The notes under the pieces: model-generated | What the model saw: the letters and a program-made list of their open reading frames with translations, nothing else | Databases searched by the model: none | What the model was told of the DNA's origin: nothing | Program-made: the position numbers and the translations under genes | In this document: positions 29,501 through 39,937 of the stretch, in pieces | How the letters are laid out: every line of letters begins with the position of its first letter | Numbering within the stretch: the stretch's first letter is position 1 | From: an uncultured delta proteobacterium | GTDB lineage: Bacteria > Myxococcota_A > Polyangia > Polyangiales > B10-G4 | Assembly (NCBI GenBank): GCA_963727445.1 | Contig: CAVSGI010000010.1 | Coordinates: 1,120,001 to 1,184,000, forward strand | DNA: 64,000 nucleotides | Direction of reading: 5' to 3'

Positions 29501-31957
29501 TCAGCGCTTCGCGAGGAGCCGCATCAGCGCCGGCAGCGCGACGACGGCGGCGGCGACGCAGGTGATCTCGCTGATCGCCATCGCGGCGCCGAAGGAGTTG
29601 AGCGCGCGATTGCTGCTCACGTAGAGCGAGATGTAGCCGACGATGGTCGTGAGGGAGCAGAGCACCACCGCGCCGCCGGTGGCCCGGATGGCGCGCCCGA
29701 TGGCGGCGCTCGCGTCCTGCCCTTCGCGGCGCTCGAGCACGTAGCGCTGCATGTAGTTGACGCTGTAGTCGACGCCGTTGCCGAAGGTGATGGGGAAGGC
29801 GACGAAGTTGAGGAAGTTCAGCTTGATCGACAAGAGCGCCATCGCGCCCGCCATCCAGAGGATGCCGGCCAGGAGGCTGCCGAGAGTGAGGAGCCGCTCG
29901 CGCATCTTGCGGAACGCCACCAGCACCAGGAGCACCGTGACCGCGAAGGCGGCGCCTACCGCCTTGGGCCCGTCGTTCATGATCGCGGAGAGCAGGTCCG
30001 CGAAGACCGGCGCGTGCCCGGAGAGCGGCGGGCGCGTCCCGTCGGGCAGGCGCAGCTCGCGCATCGCCGACGTCCACTTCACCAGATACTGGCCGTCCCA
30101 GGAGTTCTCGCCGAAGGCGTGCTCGACGAAGAGGATGCGGCCGAGCCGGCCGTCCACCTCGCGGAACATGCGCGTCGCCTGCTCGGGCAGATCGCTGATC
30201 GCGACGGGCGCCGGATGCTCGGGCGGCAGGTGCTCGTCGATCTTCGCTCGCGCTTCGGCGTCGGCGTGTTCGCGGAGCTCGAGCATGTCGCGACGGATCT
30301 CGGCGAGGATGGCGAGCTTGTCTTCTTGCTGTTCTGGTAAGAGATCCTCGATCCCGCGCGTGGGCCCGAGGACGCCCTCGCGCCGCTGCCGCACCTCGTC
30401 GATCGCGTCGATCATGTACGGCGTGAGCGCGCGGTCGGGAAAGATCACCGCGATGGAGCTCCCGGTCGCCGCCTGGTTCACGACCTGCCCCTGCACGCGG
30501 TTGACCCAGACGGTGCGACTGTCGGGATCGCGCTCGGACTGGAGCTCCCGGAAGTCGTACTCGAGAGGGTCGGCCTCCACGAAGCGATAGACGAGCACCG
30601 CCGAGGCGACGGTGACGAGGGCGGCACCGATCACGATCGCCCGCGGCGCGCGCAACGTCATCCACGCGAAGATCAGGCCATAGACGTTGTCCTTCTTCCG
30701 GCCGTCGACCTTCATCGGCCTCAGGCGCTCGAGGAGCACCGCGAGGGCGGGCAGGAGCGTGAGCGCCGACGCCCAGCAGAGGAGCATGCCGATGGCGCCG
30801 ATGATCCCGAAGTCGCGGAAGCCCCGAAACTCGGTGATCATGAGCGATCCGTAGGCGAGCCCCGCCGCCGCCGAGGCGGTGAGGGTCGCAGCCCAGGTGC
30901 TCCGATGGGAGATCGCGAGGGCCTCCTGGAGGTCGTGACCGTCGCGGCGCGCCTCGAAGAAGCGCGCCAGCCAGATGACGTTCGGATTGATGCCGTTGCC
31001 GATGACGATGCTTCCGAGGAAGGCGGTGGAGGTGTTCAGGAAACCGACCAGGATCTCGGCGCAGCCGAAGGTCACGAGCACCGGCGGCACGAGCGCGAGC
31101 CCGAGCAGCGGGATGGCCCGGAGCTCGCGAAAGAAGACGTAGACGGCGAGCAGGACCAGGACGATGGTGACGCCCACGGCCAGCGCCACCTCGGACACCA
31201 GCGCGCGCACCTCCTCCATGATGTCCATCAGGTCGCCGCCGTAGTCGACGCGGATCCCGTCGAGCATCCCCTCGCCGCGCAGGTCCGCCACGTGCTCCTT
31301 CACGTGATCGAGGAGCGCTTCGCCGCCCACCGCGCCGCCGGTGCCGAGGGTGGTGCGAATGAAGACGACGACCAGCGGATCGCGTGGGTGGAGGAAGAAG
31401 CCGTCGGGATCGCGCACCCGCCGCGCGCGCTCCTCCTCGGCGCGCTCCTCGAGCTCCTCGCTGAGCTCGCCGATGTCCGAGGGCGGCTCACCCTCGAGGT
31501 CGACGTAGAACGGATTGGCGCGCGCGCGCTCGTACTCGAGGCGCTCGTCGAGTGCGTCGCGGATCTCCACCAGGTCGTCGTAGGGCGCGTAGAGGTGGCG
31601 ATGCGCTTCGACGAAGTCGACCATCTCCCGCACGTTCCAGTCGACCGAGGAGATCGCCGGATCGTCGTCGGCCTCGAGCTTCAACGCCAACGCCTCCGCT
31701 GCGGCCTTGAGCGCGGGGATCTTCTCCGGATCCTCGGAGTGAAAGACCACGCTGAGGGTGGTCTTGCCTCCGAAGCGGCCTTCGATGGCGTTCTTGTCCA
31801 TCACCGCCGGCTGGTTGTCGGGCAAGAGGGCCGTGAGGTCGCCCCGCATCCCGAGGTTGGCGATGAAGGGGATGGCGAGGAGGCCGAAGAGGAACGCGCC
31901 GGCCGTGATCCGGCCCGGATGGCGAGTCTGCAGATCGGCGAGTCGCTCCCAGTCCAT
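29501..31957 (-). CDS. MMPL/RND family transporter
   Basis: Two repeats of TM bundle plus large loop; GNGINP and GNGVDY; SLTTIVGY. Confidence 0.88.
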   Translation of the reverse strand: MDWERLADLQTRHPGRITAGAFLFGLLAIPFIANLGMRGDLTALLPDNQPAVMDKNAIEGRFGGKTTLSVVFHSEDPEKIPALKAAAEALALKLEADDDPAISSVDWNVREMVDFVEAHRHLYAPYDDLVEIRDALDERLEYERARANPFYVDLEGEPPSDIGELSEELEERAEEERARRVRDPDGFFLHPRDPLVVVFIRTTLGTGGAVGGEALLDHVKEHVADLRGEGMLDGIRVDYGGDLMDIMEEVRALVSEVALAVGVTIVLVLLAVYVFFRELRAIPLLGLALVPPVLVTFGCAEILVGFLNTSTAFLGSIVIGNGINPNVIWLARFFEARRDGHDLQEALAISHRSTWAATLTASAAAGLAYGSLMITEFRGFRDFGIIGAIGMLLCWASALTLLPALAVLLERLRPMKVDGRKKDNVYGLIFAWMTLRAPRAIVIGAALVTVASAVLVYRFVEADPLEYDFRELQSERDPDSRTVWVNRVQGQVVNQAATGSSIAVIFPDRALTPYMIDAIDEVRQRREGVLGPTRGIEDLLPEQQEDKLAILAEIRRDMLELREHADAEARAKIDEHLPPEHPAPVAISDLPEQATRMFREVDGRLGRILFVEHAFGENSWDGQYLVKWTSAMRELRLPDGTRPPLSGHAPVFADLLSAIMNDGPKAVGAAFAVTVLLVLVAFRKMRERLLTLGSLLAGILWMAGAMALLSIKLNFLNFVAFPITFGNGVDYSVNYMQRYVLERREGQDASAAIGRAIRATGGAVVLCSLTTIVGYISLYVSSNRALNSFGAAMAISEITCVAAAVVALPALMRLLAKR

Positions 31958-32025
31958 CGTCGCGGGGCGGGTCTACCGCGCCCGCGCCCCGACGTCGACC
32001 GGTGGAAGCCGCCGTAGCCCGCTAT

Positions 32026-33171
32026 TCAGTTCAGCCCGTCGACGCTGAGCGAGTAATCGTCGGTGCAGCTGTGGCCGCGGAAGCGGGTGACGCGGATGTA
32101 GTAGGTCCCGCTGTCGTCGAGGGCGAAGCGCTCGCCCCAGAAGAGGTGCTCGTCCTCGTTGAGCGAGTTGACGCCCGAGACCAGCGCGTTGCGAGCGACG
32201 CAGTCGTCGTAGTTGCGGTAGAGGAAGACGTCGTAGTCGTGCCCGCTCGGGATGTTGGTGAGGTCCACCTGGATGTTCTCGCCCGCGAAGGAATCGTCGG
32301 CGAGGAAGCGGTAGCAGTCGACGCGATCCGAAACCGAATCGAAGCGCGCGTTGATGGTGATCATCGGGTCGGTCATCATGCTCAAGAGCGCGCAGGTGTC
32401 GCAGGTGTCGTTGGGCTCGAACTCGTCGGGGTTGGTGGGGTCGACGCCGTCGCAATCCTGATCGATGCCGTCGCCGCAGATCTCCATCTCGCCCGAGCCG
32501 CCCTCACACGCGCCCCAGGTCCCGGCTCCGTCACAGGTCTCGACGCCGGGCCCGCACATGCCCATGCAGGGCCGGGTCGCATCCATGCAGTCGGGGTCGT
32601 CGCAGTCGATCATCCCGTCGCAGTCGTCGTCGAGCATGTCGGTGCACTCGGTCTCCCGCGCGCCCGCAGCGCAGGTGCACATGCCCATGCTGCAGATCTG
32701 ATCCGCGTCGCAGGTGCGGCCGCACACGCCGCAGTTCCCTGGATCGCTGTCCGGATTGATGCAGGCCCCATCGCAGCGCGTGTACCCCTCGGGACAGGTG
32801 CAGGAGCCGCCGCGGCAGTCTTCGTCGGCGGCGCAGGGGTTGTCGCACATGCCGCAGTGACTGCGATCGGTCGCGAGGTCGGCGCAGGAGCCGCCGCACG
32901 CGACGGTCCCCGAGGGACAGGTGCGCGAGCACATGCCCGCGCTGCAAAAGCTACCCGCTGCGCACTCCATGCCGCACGACCCGCAGTTGCGGCCGTCGTT
33001 CTGCGTGTTGACGCAGCGGGTCCCGCACAGCTCGGTGGGCACCTCGCACTCGCCAACCCGGCCGTCGGTGGAGGCGTCCATGCCGCCGCCATCACCTGGG
33101 CCGCCGCCGCCGTCGTCCCCACAGCTCGCGAGCGCCAAGAGGGTTGGAAACAGCAAAGCCAAGAAGCGCAT
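32026..33171 (-). CDS. Cys-rich lipoprotein with C-terminal PPC-like domain
   Basis: Lipobox LASC, CVNTQNDGRNCGSCG repeats, EICGDGIDQDCDG, FEPND, DYDVFLY. Confidence 0.8.
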   Translation of the reverse strand: MRFLALLFPTLLALASCGDDGGGGPGDGGGMDASTDGRVGECEVPTELCGTRCVNTQNDGRNCGSCGMECAAGSFCSAGMCSRTCPSGTVACGGSCADLATDRSHCGMCDNPCAADEDCRGGSCTCPEGYTRCDGACINPDSDPGNCGVCGRTCDADQICSMGMCTCAAGARETECTDMLDDDCDGMIDCDDPDCMDATRPCMGMCGPGVETCDGAGTWGACEGGSGEMEICGDGIDQDCDGVDPTNPDEFEPNDTCDTCALLSMMTDPMITINARFDSVSDRVDCYRFLADDSFAGENIQVDLTNIPSGHDYDVFLYRNYDDCVARNALVSGVNSLNEDEHLFWGERFALDDSGTYYIRVTRFRGHSCTDDYSLSVDGLN

Positions 33172-33346
33172 CACGGACGAGCCTATCAGCAACGGGCGAG
33201 CGACCGTGAGCTTGCCGGGAGGAGGGCCCAGGCCATTGGCGCGCGTAATCGTTTGAAATGACTGCAGGTACGGGGAGGCACCGACAACGCGCCGCGGGCC
33301 GCCCCCGAAGAATCGAGGGCGATCCTCTTGCGCAGGCGGTCCCAAT

Positions 33347-33372
33347 AGCGTAACTCAGGTCAGCGTTACGCT
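33347..33372. promoter_or_regulatory. Inverted repeat AGCGTAAC-N10-GTTACGCT, candidate operator
   Basis: Perfect 8-bp arms immediately before the GGAGGT RBS of the first operon gene. Confidence 0.6.
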
Positions 33373-33383
33373 TTGGAGGTCCG

Positions 33384-35585
33384 ATGGCGGGTTGGCGCTG
33401 GCGAGCGTTCGGACAGGCAGTCGTGAGCCTCGCGCTCCTCTGGGGAGGATGCGCAGAGGGCGACGCGGGCCCAGACGCGGGAAGGCCCGACGTCTCGCAC
33501 CTGGACGGCGGGGCAATCTACGCAGCTCAGTGCGCGTCGTGTCATGGCGAGGTGGGTGAAGGCGGCCTCGGGCCGTCGCTCGTCGATTGGTCGCGCGGCG
33601 AAGACGCGCTCATCGACATCATCGACGTCCGGATGCCTCAGACCAATCCGGCGGCTTGCGACGAAGCCTGCGCCACCGCGGTCGGACGCTACGTCATCGC
33701 GACCTTCACCAGCGAAGCGCTCGCATGCGACGAGATCACACCAGGCCCACGGCAGCTTCGACTGCTCACCCGCCGCGAGTATCGGAACACGATCTACGAC
33801 CTCTTCCCGACGCTGGCGCCGGGCGCGGAGGCCGCGGCGGATCCGGGCGCCACCGAGCCCTGCGGCCTGACGCACTTCCGCTACGACCCCGGCGGAAGGT
33901 CGCTCTCGAGCGTGAGCGTCGCCGGCAGCTTCAACGCGTGGTCTCCCACGGCCTGGCCGATGAGCCTCGACGCGAGCGGCGTCTGGGTCCTCGACCAGAC
34001 GCTGGCCGAGGGCACCCACCAGTACAAGCTGGTGCTCGACGGAAGCGAGTGGGTGACGGATCCCTCGAACTCGGATCACGCCGCGGATGGCTTTGGCGGG
34101 CAGAACTCGGTCATCGTCGTCTCCTGCAGCAGCACCAGCCCGGCGCCCTCGACGACCGCGGGTCTCACCGACCCAGCCGACGGCTTCCCGGTGGAGACGC
34201 GGCCCGACGGATTCCCCTTCGACGACCACGCCGAGTCGGGGCGTGTCACCCCGGTTCACGCGGAGGAGCAGCTCCGCGCGGCCGCGCGCGTGGCGACCGC
34301 CCTGGGCGACGGCATCGCCGACCTCGCCCCCTGCGACCTCGCCGAGGGCGCGAGCTGCGCCGAAGCCTTCGCCCGCGACTTCGGCGCGCGCGTCTTCCGC
34401 CGCCCCCTCGAGGACCGCGAGGTCACGCGCTACGCGGCGCTCGTCACCGGCGCCGCCACGCCGGCCGAAGGCCTCGGGATTCCCCTTCGCGCCATGCTGG
34501 TCTCGCCCGCCTTCCTCTATCGCAGCGAGGTGGGGGAGGCGCAGGACGACGGCACCTTCGCCCTCACCGGCTGGGAGATCGCCAGCGCCCTGTCCTACGG
34601 CATCTGGGGGACCATGCCCGACGAGGCGCTCTTCGATGCCGCGGCCGACGGAAGCCTCGAAACTGACGAAGGCATCACCCGCGAGGCCCAGCGTCTCCTC
34701 GCCGACCCGCGCGCCGGCGCGCTCCTCGGCGAGGTCGGCATCCAGTGGCTCGGCGTGGAGGCCATCGCCGACAAGCCGAAGTCGAACGTGCTCTTCCCCG
34801 ACTTCGACGATGCGCTCCGCGCGTCGATGCTCGAAGAGACGCGCCGCTTCGTCGCGCACGTGGTGCTCGAAGGAAGCGGCCGCTTCGACGAGCTCCTCAC
34901 CGCCGACTACACCTTCGCCGACGCGCGCCTCGCCCGTCACTACGGCATCGGCGGCGTGGACGGCGACACCCCCACGCTGACGCCCACCGCGCCCGAGCGC
35001 GCTGCCGGCGTCCTCGGCCACGCGTCGGTCCTCGCCCGCTACGCGCACTCGGACCAGAGCTCGCCCATCCAGCGCGGCGTCTTCGTCCGCCGCCGCATCC
35101 TCTGCCAGGACTTCGCGCCGCCGCCGCCCAACGCGGGCGGCGTCCCCGACGTCGACCCGGAGGCCACCACCCGCGAGCGCTTCGCGCAGCACACCGCGGA
35201 CACGGTCTGCCGCGGCTGTCATCAGTACATCGACGAGGTGGGCTTCGGCTTCGAGAGCTTCGACGCGGTCGGCGCGTTCCGCACCACGGATCAAGGCCGC
35301 CCGGTCGACAGCCACGGCGACATGGGCGACGTCGAAGGCATGGGAACGAACACCTCGGCGCCGTTCTCGACCCTGCCCGAGCTCGGCCAGATCCTCGCCG
35401 AGAGCGACGCCGCCGAGGCCTGCTTCGTGCGGCAGTACACGCGCTACGCGCGCGGCATGCGCGAGCGGGCCGAGGACCGATGCGCTCTCCTCGACCTGGC
35501 GGAGCGCTTCAGCGCGAGCGGCGGCGACATTCGCACGCTCATCGTCGACACCTACCTCTCCCCAGCCTTTCGGAGGAGAAAGTGA
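33384..35585 (+). CDS. DUF1592/DUF1588/DUF1595/DUF1585-family lipoprotein with cytochrome c domain and inserted CBM48-like module
   Basis: CASCH; RLLTRREYRNTIYDL; AGSFNAW...HQYKLVLDGSEWVTDP; SPAFLYRSE; SSPIQRG; CRGCH; GFGFESFDAVG. Confidence 0.88.
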   Translation: MAGWRWRAFGQAVVSLALLWGGCAEGDAGPDAGRPDVSHLDGGAIYAAQCASCHGEVGEGGLGPSLVDWSRGEDALIDIIDVRMPQTNPAACDEACATAVGRYVIATFTSEALACDEITPGPRQLRLLTRREYRNTIYDLFPTLAPGAEAAADPGATEPCGLTHFRYDPGGRSLSSVSVAGSFNAWSPTAWPMSLDASGVWVLDQTLAEGTHQYKLVLDGSEWVTDPSNSDHAADGFGGQNSVIVVSCSSTSPAPSTTAGLTDPADGFPVETRPDGFPFDDHAESGRVTPVHAEEQLRAAARVATALGDGIADLAPCDLAEGASCAEAFARDFGARVFRRPLEDREVTRYAALVTGAATPAEGLGIPLRAMLVSPAFLYRSEVGEAQDDGTFALTGWEIASALSYGIWGTMPDEALFDAAADGSLETDEGITREAQRLLADPRAGALLGEVGIQWLGVEAIADKPKSNVLFPDFDDALRASMLEETRRFVAHVVLEGSGRFDELLTADYTFADARLARHYGIGGVDGDTPTLTPTAPERAAGVLGHASVLARYAHSDQSSPIQRGVFVRRRILCQDFAPPPPNAGGVPDVDPEATTRERFAQHTADTVCRGCHQYIDEVGFGFESFDAVGAFRTTDQGRPVDSHGDMGDVEGMGTNTSAPFSTLPELGQILAESDAAEACFVRQYTRYARGMRERAEDRCALLDLAERFSASGGDIRTLIVDTYLSPAFRRRK

Positions 35586-36951
35586 TGTGGAGTAAGCAGA
35601 CCCGACGCCGCTTTCTGCGCGGCATGCTGGGAGCCGCGGCGGCGGCGCCTCTGGGCCTCGCCATCGGCCACGCCGCGCGCGCCCTCGATCCTTCGGGCCG
35701 CGCCCAACGCGTCATCTTCTTCTACTTCCCCGACGGTGTCGGCGGCGTCTCCGAGAGCGGCGAGGCCTCTCTCTTCGACGCGCGGCTCGAGGGGGGCGCG
35801 GTGCAGCTGAGCGAGATCCTCGAGCCCCTCGGCGATCGAAAGCGCCACTGCGTGTTCCTCAACGGGCTGTCGATGGGCTCGGTGGACGAGGGCTCGCATC
35901 CCGGCGGCGCCAAGAAGCTCCTCACGGGCACCGACGGCGGCTACGGCATGAGCATCGACCAGTTCCTCGCCGGCAGCGCGGGCGCCGACGCGCCGCATCG
36001 CCATCTCTATCTGGGCGCGATGGCGAACGCCGACGGCGCGAGCGGCGACAAGCACATCAGCTATCCCTCGGCGGGCTTCACCACGCCGCCCGAGGACGAC
36101 CCCCGCGAAGCCTTCCGGCGCGTCTTCGGCGCGGCGCTCCCGCGCGCCCGGCCCCGGCATGCCCGACACCGGCGCGGCGGCCACGCGCAGCATCATCGAC
36201 ACCGCCATCGCCGACATCACGGACCTGCGCGTGCGCCTCGGCGACCTCGAGCGGAGCCGCCTCGACCTGCATCTGGACGCGCTGCGCGAGGTGGAGGGTC
36301 GCATCGATGCGCTGCCGCCGCCGATGGCCGCGAGCTGCGACGAGCCGGCCGGTCCCGACGACTTCGGCGCGCGCCTCTACGACCCCGAGCTCTTCCCCGA
36401 CATCCTGCGCGCCCAGATGGATCTCATGGTCCAGGCGATGGCGTGCGGCCTGACCCGCGTCGGCGTGATCGCAGGCCTCGCACCACACCAGCGAGCTCAT
36501 CATGAGCCGCTTCCCCGGCACGGCGATGTACGACCCGGGCTTCGACATGCGCAGCCATCAGGCCTCGCACTACGGCGCGCGCCACGACCGCTCGAATCGG
36601 CTCTTCGTCGACTTCCTCGCCCAGCGCCGCTGGTTCGTGCAGCAGCTCGGCTACCTGATCAATCAGCTGGCCGCGCGGCCCGAGGGCGCCTCCGGGGAGA
36701 CCATGCTAGACCACTCTCTCGTCCTGGTGAGCAGCGAGGTCTCGGACGGGAACACCCACAGTCATCACGACATGCCCTTCGTCCTCGCGGGCCACGCCGG
36801 TGGCTCGCTCAGCGGCGAACGGGTGCTCGAGTTCGGAGGCCGCCGCCACGGCGACCTCCTCGCCTCGATCGCGCACGCGATGGGGCAGCCGGTGATGGGC
36901 TACGGCACGGACAGCCACGGGCCCCTCGACGGTCTCCTCTCCGGAAGTTGA
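35585..36951 (+). CDS. DUF1552-family protein, Tat-exported (frameshifts near 36141 and 36471)
   Basis: TRRRFLRG Tat motif, FFYFPDG, SIDQFLA, RLDLHLDALREVE, MACGLTRV, MLDHSLV, GNTHSHHDMP, spread over three frames. Confidence 0.85.
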
Positions 36952-36955
36952 AGAC

Positions 36956-37846
36956 ATGGCAGAATCGGACGTCGTCGATGCCCTGGTAGAGCTGGGCTTC
37001 ACCATCAACGAGAGCCGCGCTTACGCCGCGCTCCTCGTCGCGGGACCTTCGACCGGCTACGAGGTGCACCAGCGCGCAGGCGTCCCGCGCTCCGCCGTCT
37101 ACGGCTCGCTCCGGCGCCTCGTCTCCCACGGGGCGGCGCGCTCGGTGGCGGGCTCACCCGAGCGCTTCGTCGCCGTCGCGCCCGAAGAGCTGATGGTGCT
37201 GCTTCGCAAGCGCCACGACGCACAGCAAGCCGGCCTCGAGCGGGCCATCTCCACCCTCGACGTCCAGCCCGACGTGCCCGAGGCCTTCACCGTCGAAGGC
37301 TACGAGCGCATCATGGAAGAGGTGGAGCGGCTGGTGCGCACCGCGGAGGATCAGCTGGTGATCAGCGGTTGGCCGCGCGAGCTCGCGCGCCTCGAGTCGG
37401 AGCTCGCCGCCGCGAGCCGGCGTGGCGTGTACACCGTCCTGTTCTCCCACGCGTCGCTGCCACGCGACCTCGCGGGCATCCATTTCAGCTACGGCCGAAA
37501 CGAGGCGGACCTCGAGGACTTCTGGGAACACCGCCTGACCATCGTCGCCGACGACAAGCGGACGCTGATCGGCGCGGTCGAGGGGCGAGCCAGCGACGCC
37601 GCCGTGCTCAGCGAGACCCAGGCCATCGCCGAGGTGGCGACCAGCCAGATCGCGCTGGACATCACGCTGCTCGCGCAGCGCCACGGTCACGACGTCGAGA
37701 AGGTGATGGCGCGCATCCTGGGCGACCGGGTCGGGCGCCTCGACACCCTGGAAGGCAAGGGCGAAGGCGCGGTGGTCGGCAAGCGGCGAAGCGCGCCGAA
37801 GAAGCAGGGCGGCAAGGCCGCCGCCACCGAGGAGGTGGCGTCGTGA
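36956..37846 (+). CDS. TrmB-family transcriptional regulator
   Basis: LGFTINESRAYAALL...TGYEV...GVPRSAVYGSLRRL winged HTH plus C-terminal effector domain. Confidence 0.88.
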   Translation: MAESDVVDALVELGFTINESRAYAALLVAGPSTGYEVHQRAGVPRSAVYGSLRRLVSHGAARSVAGSPERFVAVAPEELMVLLRKRHDAQQAGLERAISTLDVQPDVPEAFTVEGYERIMEEVERLVRTAEDQLVISGWPRELARLESELAAASRRGVYTVLFSHASLPRDLAGIHFSYGRNEADLEDFWEHRLTIVADDKRTLIGAVEGRASDAAVLSETQAIAEVATSQIALDITLLAQRHGHDVEKVMARILGDRVGRLDTLEGKGEGAVVGKRRSAPKKQGGKAAATEEVAS

Positions 37847-39930
37847 TCCGTTTCTTCCTCGCGTCGTCGCTCGTGCTCGCGGCGTTCGGCTGCGCCGAGC
37901 CCGGCACCTCGGCGCCGGACTCGGGTTATCCGGATCGCGCCGACGGCGGACCGATCCCCGGCTACGGCCAGCCGTGCAGCAGCGGCTATGGCAGCGGCCT
38001 CAGCTGCACCGACAGCGGCGTCACCACCATGCCCGACACCGGGCCCCCGCCCCCGCCGTGCAACCAGCACACCTTCACGTACGTCGACGCGATGGCGTCC
38101 ACCGTCTGGGTCACCGGCAGCTTCACCGACTGGGCGACCACGCCGGCAGAGGGCGCCATCGAGCTGATGGACGACGGCACCGGCACCTGGTCCGTCACCT
38201 TCCTGGTCGAGCCGCCGGGTGAGCATCAGTACAAGTTCATCATCGACGGCACGACGTGGATCCCCGATCCCGAAAACCCCGACAGCGTCGACGACGGCTT
38301 CGGCAGCACCAACAGCGTCATCACCCTGTGCTTCACCAGCTGCGGCAACGCCGACGACTACGACTGGCGCGACGCCGTGATGTATTTCGCGATGGTCGAC
38401 CGCTTCAGCGATTCGGACGGGCGGAGCGATCCGGTGGCCGGCGTGAGCGGGGGCGACGCGCGGACCGGGCCCAGCGGGCAATACGCGGGCGGCGATCTGC
38501 GCGGCGTGATGAACCAGCTCGAGTACCTCGCCAACCTCGGCGTGACCGCGCTCTGGCTCTCGGCTCCTTACGAAAACCGCAACTCCGCGGGCGCGGCGAT
38601 CGACCCCTTCTCGGATTCACACACCTACTCGGCCTATCACGGCTATTGGCCCTCGCCGCCGGCCGTCGACTACTCGGCGGCGGGCGGCCCGTCGCCGCGG
38701 CCTCGGGTCGAGTCGCGCATCGGCACCGAGTCCGATCTGCGCGCGCTGGTCGACGAGGCGCACGCCACCATGGGCGCCGACGGCCACGGCATGAAGGTGC
38801 TCTTCGACTACGTGATGAACCACGTGGACATCGAGAGCGGGCTCTACGGCGCGCATCCCGACTGGTTCGCCCGGCGCGACGGGCGCTTCCCCCTCTGCGG
38901 TCCCGAAAACCTCTGGGACGACCCCTACTGGGGCATCCGCTGCGCCTTCACCGACTACCTGCCGGCCTTCGATTTCGACAACGACGCAGCACGCGGCTGG
39001 TCGGTGAGCGACGCCCTGTGGTGGGCCGAGGAGTATGGCATCGACGGCTACCGCCTCGACGCGATCAAGCAGGTGCCCGAGTCGTGGCTCATGGACCTTC
39101 GAGCGCGGCTGAACACCGAGATCACCAGCCCCGAGGGCGACCGCTTCTATCTGGTCGGCGAGACCTTCAGCTACGACGATCCGGGACTGCTCCGGCGCTA
39201 TGTCGACCCCTCCACCATGCTCGACGGCCAGTTCGACTTCCCCTTCAAGGCGCGCGCCTGCGAGGCGCTCTTCACGCCTGGCGGACGCCTCGACACCCTC
39301 TCGGGGTGGATGGATGACAACGATCGCTTCTACGGACCGGACGCGATCATGAGCACCTGGATCGGCAACCACGACATCCCGCGCGCCATCCACTTCGCGA
39401 GCCGGGAGATCACCGACTGCCGCCAGGGCAGCAATCCCGGCAACGGCTGGGACTGGCGCCCGGCGCAGCCCACCGACGCCGCCGCTTACGAGCGGCTCTC
39501 CCTCGCCTTCGCCGTGATGTTCACCAACCCTGGCATCCCCCTCATCTACTACGGCGACGAGATCGGCCTGGCCGGCGGGGGCGATCCGGACAATCGCCGG
39601 ATGATGAACTGGAACGACTCTTCGCTGAGCCCGGCCCAGCTCACGCTCCGCGAGCGGGTGGGCGAGCTCGCGCGGGCGCGCGCGGTCAACAAGGTCCTGT
39701 CGCGCGGCCGCCGCATGACCATCTCCGCCGACCAGGACACCTGGGTGTACCGGATGACCGGCTGCGGCGCGGACATCCCGGACGCGGTGGTCGCGATCAA
39801 CCGCGCCGACTCGGGCCGCTCGGTCGACATCCCTGCCGGCTCCTGGGTGAACCTCATCACCGACGCGCCCGTCGCCGGGGGCCGGGTCGACCTCGGCCCC
39901 AGAAGCTACCTCCTGCTCGGACAACCCTGA
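37843..39930 (+). CDS. GH13 alpha-amylase-family lipoprotein with N-terminal CBM48-like domain
   Basis: Lipobox AFGC, DRF, YHGYW, DYVMNH, GYRLDA, VGE, GNHD, YYGDE. Confidence 0.9.
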   Translation: MIRFFLASSLVLAAFGCAEPGTSAPDSGYPDRADGGPIPGYGQPCSSGYGSGLSCTDSGVTTMPDTGPPPPPCNQHTFTYVDAMASTVWVTGSFTDWATTPAEGAIELMDDGTGTWSVTFLVEPPGEHQYKFIIDGTTWIPDPENPDSVDDGFGSTNSVITLCFTSCGNADDYDWRDAVMYFAMVDRFSDSDGRSDPVAGVSGGDARTGPSGQYAGGDLRGVMNQLEYLANLGVTALWLSAPYENRNSAGAAIDPFSDSHTYSAYHGYWPSPPAVDYSAAGGPSPRPRVESRIGTESDLRALVDEAHATMGADGHGMKVLFDYVMNHVDIESGLYGAHPDWFARRDGRFPLCGPENLWDDPYWGIRCAFTDYLPAFDFDNDAARGWSVSDALWWAEEYGIDGYRLDAIKQVPESWLMDLRARLNTEITSPEGDRFYLVGETFSYDDPGLLRRYVDPSTMLDGQFDFPFKARACEALFTPGGRLDTLSGWMDDNDRFYGPDAIMSTWIGNHDIPRAIHFASREITDCRQGSNPGNGWDWRPAQPTDAAAYERLSLAFAVMFTNPGIPLIYYGDEIGLAGGGDPDNRRMMNWNDSSLSPAQLTLRERVGELARARAVNKVLSRGRRMTISADQDTWVYRMTGCGADIPDAVVAINRADSGRSVDIPAGSWVNLITDAPVAGGRVDLGPRSYLLLGQP

Positions 39931-39937
39931 GGCGTTC

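Noticed and set aside
36120..36480. Programmed frameshifting or true pseudogenisation of DUF1552
   Set aside because: No slippery heptamer, motifs intact in all three segments, and similar indels are scattered across the window
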